Notes under the pieces: generated by a model
The model's database searches: none
What the model was told of the DNA's origin: nothing
Seen by the model: only the letters and a program-made list of their open reading frames with translations
Shown: positions 16,673-23,193 of the stretch, piece after piece
Layout: every line of letters begins with the position of its first letter
Position numbering within the stretch: the stretch's first letter is position 1
Made by a program: the position numbers and the translations under genes
Origin: Candidatus Baldrarchaeum yapensis
GTDB lineage: Archaea; Asgardarchaeota; Baldrarchaeia; Baldrarchaeales; Baldrarchaeaceae
Assembly (NCBI GenBank): GCA_016840465.1
Contig: JAEOSH010000035.1
Span: forward strand, 1-23,193
Reading direction: 5' to 3'
DNA: 23,193 bases

Positions 16673-17206
16673 TTACCTCTTTTCTTTCTTTTCGGCCTTT
16701 CTGCGGCGTAACCACGTGCTTGCCCTTACGAAGGTTGCGTAGATGTGGAGTTTGTAGGCCTCCGGTCTATCTCCATATTCCAATACGACTTTTCTTGCGA
16801 TTTCGAGGAAACGCTCAGCCTCTTCCATCGTGAAGTCCTCTACCTTCTTATCGAGGTACTCCTTGAGCAACTTTGCCTCTTCTTTTGTCAGAGGGTTCAT
16901 CATGACGAGTTTTATTATGCGCCTCGCCTCAGATTTTGCAAGATCTGCTTTATCCGGGCTAAGTATTCCCTCAGACGTCAGGAAGTCTATCAGGAACTCT
17001 TGATAGCTTAAAAACCGGTTGCTAGTCGTTCAATTTTACTTTTTATTCTTGATTCGGAGGGCGTAATTTTTAATTCCAAGGATTCGAATCTTCCCTCCAG
17101 TTCTCCGATTTTTTCCAAATTTATACGCTAACGTGAGCAGTACAACAAGTCCGCCCAAGCCACCCGCTGCCGCTAGAATGTTAAGGATCATTACTAAAGT
17201 CTCCAT
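16673..17206 (-). pseudogene. N-terminal TM + coiled-coil + helical-domain archaeal hypothetical protein with two compensating indels
   Basis: Reconstructed as METLVMILNILAAAGGLGGLVVLLTLAYKFGK|IGELEGRFESLELK...KIERLATGF|LSYQEFLIDFLTSEGIL...MMNPLTKEEAKLL...KEKR*. There is a +1 at the run 17109-17114 and a -1 at the run 17010-17014. The span is 534 nt (net in frame). The ORF track shows only the last 76 aa. Confidence 0.75.
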
Positions 17207-17324
17207 ACATGTTGATACCCGTCATGCATACCCTTACTGAAGTATAAGTATTCACCAAAATTATGAAATCATCGCTCGTCATATCCTTTTATCCGTGAGC
17301 CTTTCAAGATGGATTTCGTGCTTT

Positions 17325-18593
17325 TCAGACGGCAAGTAGCAATGTGCTCAACAGTATTGAGGATGTCACCATAAGGTCCATGGAGGAGGCTATCACGGGG
17401 ATGACGAAGTTGTCGGGGTCGAGGCTCTTCTTGAACGTTATTATTGCTATGGGCAACGATACGGCGATTATTAGGCAGAAGGCGATTATTTGAGTCATCA
17501 TAGCTACGAAGACTATGATGGGTGCGCGAGTGAGGAATCTCGAGGGGGAGTAAGCGAGAGTTCCGATGATACCGTAGAATGCGAACATTCCGAGGCCGAT
17601 GAAGAAGACTGCCGATAGATACTCGAGGTTTTCTCTGCTTTTGAAAAACTCCGTTATTGAGGGTTCCGTGTACCCGAGGGCTAGTCTTGTCGTCGTTATG
17701 GAGGAGAAGATCGCGCCCTCGTCTCCCATTGCCGTCATCATGACCGGGTATATTATCAGGATTTCGGGGTACCTTTTCAGCACTCCCTCTAGGCTCATGA
17801 GAACGCTCCCGGTGACGTTGCTCAGGAGCGCGAGGATCACCATGAGGGGGAGAACTTCCTTCAGAGTATCGCGGAAAACATCACTTTTCCAATACTTGGA
17901 GAACTTCCACATGAAGAGCACGAGGAAGGTTACGAGGAAGAGGAGGCCCATCAGGAGGATCACGACTTCCCCGAGGGTGACCAGCGTGAATATCGTCGAC
18001 ACGTAAATCAGGGTGACAAGGATGTCGTTTATTGTTGACATGACGGGGTAAACCACAACATCGGGGTCGAGCGCCCTCCTGTAGGACTCTATTGCGACCG
18101 CAGTATTCAGCACTATGGAGATGAGGGATGCGGAGATCATCGAGATCAGGGAAACGGAAAGCGACACTAGTAGTAGAAGTGGGGGCGCTATGCTCATGGT
18201 CAGGATGCAGTAGGCTCCGTAGCATACGGATCCTATCAGAATTGCGTTGATGAGACTTAGAAGGAGGATGCTCGAAATCAGGCCGTAAAAGTATTCCGTG
18301 TTGTCGAATATTTGCGGAAGTATCAAACCCGTGTGCAGGCCAGTACTTAATCTTCCAGATAGGACTCCGCTCGTGTTTCCACGCATCGTCAGCACCGGAG
18401 GGTACATTACCAGGACCCATGCCACCATCGGCAGGAAGGGGACCATGAGGGAAGCGAACTTCCCAGCCAAAAGGTCACCCATGCTTACGGATAGTGCGAG
18501 CAGTATCTGGAGGTGGAAATGGTCACGCCCGTCCGCCAGTTCGTTTCTCTCGCTCTCCATCTCTGGGACCCCGCGGGTGCTAATAAAAGGCAA
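17325..18593 (-). CDS. mgtE: MgtE-family divalent cation (Mg2+) transporter, duplicated membrane domain (SLC41-like architecture)
   Basis: About 10 TMs in two repeats: PPVLTMRGN...RLSTGLHTG / DPDVVVYPVMSTINDI, and YPVMMTAMGD...RLALG / DPDNFVIPVIASSMDL. No CBS or N-domain. Alternative start ATG 18560. Confidence 0.85.
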   Translation of the reverse strand: MPFISTRGVPEMESERNELADGRDHFHLQILLALSVSMGDLLAGKFASLMVPFLPMVAWVLVMYPPVLTMRGNTSGVLSGRLSTGLHTGLILPQIFDNTEYFYGLISSILLLSLINAILIGSVCYGAYCILTMSIAPPLLLLVSLSVSLISMISASLISIVLNTAVAIESYRRALDPDVVVYPVMSTINDILVTLIYVSTIFTLVTLGEVVILLMGLLFLVTFLVLFMWKFSKYWKSDVFRDTLKEVLPLMVILALLSNVTGSVLMSLEGVLKRYPEILIIYPVMMTAMGDEGAIFSSITTTRLALGYTEPSITEFFKSRENLEYLSAVFFIGLGMFAFYGIIGTLAYSPSRFLTRAPIIVFVAMMTQIIAFCLIIAVSLPIAIITFKKSLDPDNFVIPVIASSMDLMVTSSILLSTLLLAV

Positions 18594-18834
18594 TCACAGG
18601 TCATAAAATGTTTTTGCATGTAGATATACGCCGTCAAATCGGAGAATTGGCCAAATTATCACAAATTTCCAATTTATATGATCAAAAGTCAGGTAGTAGA
18701 ATCCAAAGAGCAAAGAGAGCGTTTAGAATCTAGAATATTGCATCAAGTACCTATCATAATTTTGCATAGCGGCTGTTTTCCACGAGAAATTATGTAAAAT
18801 CACGAGGGATGTTATTCCTTTTCGAAAATGAGGA

Positions 18835-19179
18835 CTACCGTGCAGTCTCGTTCTTGATGATGAAGTTGCGCGTAGTGATGCCGAGGAATGGCTCCAGTCC
18901 CTGCACCTCCTCAACCTCGCATGTTATATAGCCATCTATGTTCTTGCATGCCCCGTCGAAGAGTGCACGCCAAAAGCTGGCTATTCTGAGTGGTACGGAT
19001 AGCGGAAACATGCACTCGAGAACGAGGTTCTCGTTGTCGATCTTCCACACGGCGTCCTCCAACTTCTTCCTAGCGGATGGCGGGAGAATTCGCATGAGCC
19101 GCGATACTATGTCGAGTAGGTATTTCTCCCGGGGCTCCCCGTTCACCCTGAACTTTATCCTTAGAACGCGCTGCAACAC
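18835..19179 (-). CDS. Hypothetical protein, 114 aa
   Basis: GTG start with AGGTAGGT upstream, globular alpha/beta composition, flanked by AT-rich intergenic DNA. Confidence 0.65.
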   Translation of the reverse strand: MLQRVLRIKFRVNGEPREKYLLDIVSRLMRILPPSARKKLEDAVWKIDNENLVLECMFPLSVPLRIASFWRALFDGACKNIDGYITCEVEEVQGLEPFLGITTRNFIIKNETAR

Positions 19180-19339
19180 GCTACCTACCTTCTACGCAGT
19201 TGTGCATTTTTCACACTTTATCATACTTTATCGATAAGTTATGCGATTTTAATATTTAAACGCTATTATACCCCAATATCACAAAATTTTAAAATTTTTA
19301 ATCGAAAGTGTGAATAGAGAACCGTAGTGAGGTTTGTTT

Positions 19340-19678
19340 TTGACAAGGAGGAAAACCAAGACCGCTCTCCGCACGACCGTAAACCTAGATGAGAGATTGG
19401 TCGCATGGATAAGGGAGATGGTTGAGCGCAAGATATTTAGTGACTTCACTCACGCCTGCGAGTTTTGTATCTCCCAAATAAAGATGTTTCACGAGGCACT
19501 CGACGAACTGCAGCCGCTCCGGGGACTTGTAAGGATACTCGAACTCCTAAAGGACGCGCTAGACAGCGGAAACATAGACGCAGCAAAGGCAATACTGAAC
19601 CTGACGCTCTCGAAGGTAACTAATTTGAGGAGTAACGGAAGGAGTAGTACCGAGAGTAAAAGAAGTGGGCTTTCATAG
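19340..19678 (+). CDS. Ribbon-helix-helix (CopG/Arc-like) protein with C-terminal helical extension
   Basis: RTTVNLDERLVAWIREMVERKIFSDFTHACEFCI matches the beta-strand/helix/G(F)xSxSE-like/helix pattern. GTGAGG is 7 nt upstream of TTG 19340; the ORF track uses 19334. Confidence 0.7.
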   Translation: MTRRKTKTALRTTVNLDERLVAWIREMVERKIFSDFTHACEFCISQIKMFHEALDELQPLRGLVRILELLKDALDSGNIDAAKAILNLTLSKVTNLRSNGRSSTESKRSGLS

Positions 19679-19744
19679 CAATATGTCTTCTTGCCAAGAT
19701 ACGTAGTGCCTCGCAATTTTGTCACATGTGGTACCAGTTACGCC

Positions 19745-19757
19745 TACCGTAACGGTA
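19745..19757. promoter_or_regulatory. Palindrome TACCGT-A-ACGGTA, candidate operator
   Basis: Perfect 6-1-6 dyad 30 nt upstream of the ATPase start, adjoining an AT tract. Confidence 0.35.
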
Positions 19758-19786
19758 AAATTCTCCGCCATACAACTAGGTAAAAG

Positions 19787-21028
19787 GTGGGACTCTTGGG
19801 TCCCAGACTTATAATTCCCCGATCCGAGGCCGAGATCCTAAAAAGCGTTGACGGATGGATCCTGGTCTATGGGAGGAGAAAGACCGGAAAAACGTTCCTA
19901 ATTCGGAATTTCATTGAATTCGACTCGTACTACTTCGTCACGCGGTCGATCGAGGTGTTCTCGTATAATAAAGAGTTAGAGAAGATATCATATGAGGTCT
20001 TCATGGACAGGATGAGGAGGGAGATCCGCGAGGAAAAGACGATAGTCGTGGACGAGTTCCAGAGGCTCCCTCAAGAGTTCCTGGACTTTTTGCATTTTGC
20101 CAAAAGTTTCGCCAAGGCAAAACTAATACTCGTGGGCTCAAGCTTCAACTTCACGAACAGGATCCTGAGTTCGGGAAGCCCAATCCTAGGCATCGTGTAC
20201 CCGGTGAAACTGGGCCTCATAAAGCCCAGAGATGTCCTAGCCGCCCTCTCGAAGTACTACGAGCCGAATGAGGCACTGCTGCTATCGTCGATATTAAGGG
20301 ATCCCGTGATCGTCGAGGATCTGCAACCCGGTGAGAGCATCAACGAGTTCCTCAGAAGAGTAATCCCTAAGATAAGGGTCACCGTGAGATCGCTGATCGG
20401 GGAGATATTCGACGAGGAGGGTCGGGAACTTTCACAAAGATACGAGGCGATTCTGCGGGCGGTCGCCGCGGGGTGCAAAAGACCATCGGAGGTTGCAAGT
20501 CACATCTCAGGGATTTTAAGAACCCCTCTCAAATCCCAGGATGTCAAGAAGTACCTGAGGAACCTCGTGGAAATGGGAATATTGCGGAGGATAAAAATCC
20601 TCGGAAGAGACGCGCACTTTTACTTCATGGAGTCCCCCATTATCGACATGTATTACTACCTCGACCTGAAAACGGGGTTCTCCGAGGTCAACGTTCCAGT
20701 TGACGTTCTGGTTTCCCACATAGAGAGGAAACTCCCGCTGTACTATGAGATGTTTATCGTGGATCTGCTCGCCGACGCCTACGGGTGCGAGGTCGTAAAA
20801 AGCTTCCATCCGGAAGTGGACGGAATCCTCATAAGGGGGAAGGAGGCGGTCGCGGCGGTGGAGGTAAAGATGGGAACGGTAAGCAAAGCAGATGTGAAGA
20901 GGTTCATTGAGAAAACAAGGGACATCAGCGATAGGAGGATAGTTATTGCGAGAAATAAGATCTCAGAAAAGAACGTCGAATGCCTGACCCCTTCCGAGTT
21001 ATTAGAAATTGTAAGAGCGAAGAATTAA
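19787..21028 (+). CDS. Archaeal ATPase (ATPase_2/COG1672 type) with wHTH and C-terminal DUF234-like PD-(D/E)XK domain
   Basis: Walker A YGRRKTGKT, Walker B VVDEFQ, LILVGSS, wHTH YEAILRAVAAG...SEVAS...YLRNLVEMG, and C-terminal EVDGIL..AVEVK. Confidence 0.9.
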   Translation: MGLLGPRLIIPRSEAEILKSVDGWILVYGRRKTGKTFLIRNFIEFDSYYFVTRSIEVFSYNKELEKISYEVFMDRMRREIREEKTIVVDEFQRLPQEFLDFLHFAKSFAKAKLILVGSSFNFTNRILSSGSPILGIVYPVKLGLIKPRDVLAALSKYYEPNEALLLSSILRDPVIVEDLQPGESINEFLRRVIPKIRVTVRSLIGEIFDEEGRELSQRYEAILRAVAAGCKRPSEVASHISGILRTPLKSQDVKKYLRNLVEMGILRRIKILGRDAHFYFMESPIIDMYYYLDLKTGFSEVNVPVDVLVSHIERKLPLYYEMFIVDLLADAYGCEVVKSFHPEVDGILIRGKEAVAAVEVKMGTVSKADVKRFIEKTRDISDRRIVIARNKISEKNVECLTPSELLEIVRAKN

Positions 21029-21050
21029 GTAATTTATCAGAAGAACGCAT

Positions 21051-21483
21051 TTATGCCCAGTACTGCGGCTCAACACTTCTTCTCCGTTTATCCTTGTCGT
21101 TGAACCGAACCTCCAAATCCCGGAGCCCACCGCCAGCAATACAAGCCCCAACTCCTCACTCAACTTGTCGTTAACGGAATCTCCCTCTCTATATGCGAGA
21201 TAACTGCGTCACACATCACCTCATCCGACTCGCGGTTCTCAGCAACTACACTGACAATAAGCTCATTTGGAATGACGTACAGGGTTACATCTCCGCCTGA
21301 GGTCCCGTACTCATCCCTCCTAACTTCAGGAGATGGAGGCCATAACCCAAGTCTCTCCGCCAACCTCAGCGGTATCAGCAACTGAGCAGTATCGGTCTTA
21401 AATCCGCTGTTAACAAGCGCCGCAGTTTCGACGGTTCTACCAGTTCTTTTGGACTTTATCCTTATTTTCACCCTTACCGCCAC
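21051..21483 (-). pseudogene. Clan AA (retropepsin-like) aspartic-protease-fold protein of the archaeal NSG type, disrupted twice
   Basis: VAVRVKIRI..ALVNSGF..QLLIPLRLAERLGLW. A -1 indel near 21176 restores EILVNDKLSEELGLVLL..GIWRF. Removing the 5-bp duplication at 21102-21111 restores NDKDKRRRSVEPQYWA* (TAA 21051-21053). Start is GTG 21483 (GGAGGGG upstream) or ATG 21555 (GGTGAG upstream). Confidence 0.7.
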
Positions 21484-21658
21484 ACCTGTCCCCTCCAGCC
21501 TCCATATATGCCCTATCCGGCGCCTGCGCTTCCTATATATCCTGCCAGCGATCATATTCTCACCGCCTCATAAATATTCGCTTAATGCGCTATCGCGATT
21601 TACGCAGGGAACTCTGGTTATCATTCGTATTTGAAAGTTATATGCGTGCGTGTAAAAA

Positions 21659-23193
21659 TTAGGCTTCATTTTCGCTTAATAACTTCACCAGCCATCCCAA
21701 ATCCAACTCGTATAACTTCGCGGCTCTCGGCACTCCGTTCTCCGGATCCCACCCCAGCATTTCATAGTACAGGGAAATCGCTCTATCCAACTCCTCCTTG
21801 GAAATCCTCCTGCCCTCAAGGGGACCGGAGGGTAGAGGCTCGAATAGCCTCTCGGGGAGCGTGTCATCCTTCCTCCCGATGCCCTCCCTGATGTTAAAGC
21901 ACCTCAACATCGTAATGCCTCTCTCGCCCACCTTCATCAATTCCCAGAGGCTCATGTTCCACCCCGTGACCGCATTGACGATCTCCCTCACATCATCGAC
22001 CGTGAAAACCCCGGACGGATGAGGTGCCACCGTGAACAGGCACATGCAGAGGCAATTCAAGAGGCTCCACCACATCTGCAGATATACTATCGCCCTCACT
22101 TTCTCAGGCCCTAAACTAAACCTGTCCATCGGCTCCAGTATTCCGAGCGGCTTATACACGTCCGGTAACTTCTCCAACCCTGTATCATGCGCGGCCTGAA
22201 GATGATCAGCACCGACTGGCGAAACCGCATACATGAGACCTACACCAACTTTCCCCCTCGGCTCGTGCATCGGAACCTCCTTACCCTTGACGTGCATCGC
22301 TATCTTCTCAGCACCCTTTCCTATCTTCTCAGCGGCCCTCATCACGCCCTCCGCAAGGAGATCCCCTATCCCCTCCCTCTTCGCTATCATCTCCACAAGC
22401 CTCAGCATCGCATCCTTATTTCCAAATTTGAGTTCGATCCCTCCAGTATCATCCTTTGTGAGTATCCCCCGCTCATAACACTCCATCGCAAACGCAATTG
22501 TGACTCCGGTGCTTATAGTATCGAGACCGTACGCGTTACACAACTGATTTGCATACGCAATTGCGCTGAGGTCGTCGATCCCGCACAGGGATCCTAAGGA
22601 TGCTATGGTCTCATACTCCGGACCCCCATAGTCGGGATCTGTGGCATACGGCTCCTTGGCGACCACAACCCTCTTGCAACCAATGGGGCACGCATAACAC
22701 CCCTTCCTCCCGATAAGTATTGTCTCCTTCATCCTCTCCCCGGAAATCTTCTCTGCACCCTCGAAAACCCCCTCCCTGAAGTTCCGTGTGGGGAGCATCC
22801 CTAACTCGTTGAGTGGAAGGACAAGCTCCGCGGTCCCGTAGGTAGACCTCGAAACGCTACCGGGGTTCTCTCTCATCCTCTCGTTGAACTTCCTCGCAAG
22901 GTCCCTCAACTTACTCTCGTCGTAAAACTTCGGCTCCATGAAACCCCGTACTGCCACCGCCTTGAGGTTCTTTGATCCCATGACCGCACCCATTCCTCCC
23001 CTCCCGTTCGCATACTTCCCCTCGCTGATAATGCAAGCGTATCGCACAAGATTCTCACCGGCGGGACCTATGGCCGCCACCCTGATCCTGCTGTCTCCCA
23101 ACTCCTTCCTTATTTCCTCCTGCGTCTCCTTCGTGGTCTTCCCCCATAACCTCCCCGCATCCCTTATTTCCGCCTCCTCGTCATGAATCCACC
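21659..23193 (-). CDS. aor: Aldehyde:ferredoxin oxidoreductase family protein (W/Mo-pterin), 5' end beyond the right edge
   Basis: Frame is open to the window edge (WIHDEEAEIRDAGRLWGK..). Motifs IGPAGEN, GRGGMGAVMGSKNLKAV, C..CPIGC, GPEYET, CNAYGLDTIS, HEPR, GADH and DDTLPERL. Confidence 0.95.
   Translation of the reverse strand, partial: WIHDEEAEIRDAGRLWGKTTKETQEEIRKELGDSRIRVAAIGPAGENLVRYACIISEGKYANGRGGMGAVMGSKNLKAVAVRGFMEPKFYDESKLRDLARKFNERMRENPGSVSRSTYGTAELVLPLNELGMLPTRNFREGVFEGAEKISGERMKETILIGRKGCYACPIGCKRVVVAKEPYATDPDYGGPEYETIASLGSLCGIDDLSAIAYANQLCNAYGLDTISTGVTIAFAMECYERGILTKDDTGGIELKFGNKDAMLRLVEMIAKREGIGDLLAEGVMRAAEKIGKGAEKIAMHVKGKEVPMHEPRGKVGVGLMYAVSPVGADHLQAAHDTGLEKLPDVYKPLGILEPMDRFSLGPEKVRAIVYLQMWWSLLNCLCMCLFTVAPHPSGVFTVDDVREIVNAVTGWNMSLWELMKVGERGITMLRCFNIREGIGRKDDTLPERLFEPLPSGPLEGRRISKEELDRAISLYYEMLGWDPENGVPRAAKLYELDLGWLVKLLSENEA

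Noticed and set aside
17081-17090. GATTCGAATC resembling a tRNA T-arm
   Set aside because: It is a 10-bp palindrome inside the reconstructed CDS (RFES codons), with no acceptor, D or anticodon arms around it.
19283-19298. 16-bp palindrome AAAATTTTAAAATTTT
   Set aside because: Low-complexity AT tract in a divergent promoter region, expected by chance or as TATA-like DNA.
1-23193. Mobile element, provirus, rRNA, C/D-box RNA or riboswitch
   Set aside because: No transposase, integrase, capsid or terminal inverted repeats were seen. TGATGA hits fall inside CDSs without paired D boxes, and no recognisable riboswitch lies upstream of mgtE.

Overview
This is an archaeal window, probably TACK/Thermoproteota-like, judging from GGTGA/GGAGG ribosome-binding sites, a TTTAAATA TATA box, a tungsten-family aldehyde:ferredoxin oxidoreductase and several archaea-type hypothetical families. 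The lineage is inferred, not determined. Intact metabolic and transport genes are interleaved with accessory genes. The metabolic and transport genes are a YihQ/sulfoquinovosidase-like GH31 (cut by the left edge), an FAH-family protein, a glycyl-radical-enzyme activase with no partner enzyme, an alpha/beta hydrolase, a duplicated-domain MgtE transporter and an AOR (cut by the right edge). The accessory genes are a translationally coupled ABC-type ATPase + TOPRIM-like (DUF4276-like) pair, a DUF5615-like PIN protein plus a probable PIN remnant, a coiled-coil protein with 22-aa repeats and a degenerate PD-(D/E)XK domain, an RHH protein, an archaeal ATPase-wHTH-nuclease and a retropepsin-like pseudogene. 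A four-wHTH regulator sits behind a phased TTTTAC array. Reading frames by hand shows that at least five or six genes are broken by small indels: the LolD/MacB-type ABC ATPase and permease, two or three small membrane proteins and the retropepsin-like gene. Most indels are 1-nt changes in short runs, while about 16 kb of other ORFs read through cleanly. Real gene decay and sequencing error cannot be separated without the reads. No rRNA, tRNA, CRISPR array or transposase was found. Family assignments come from motif recognition by eye; no database searches were run.
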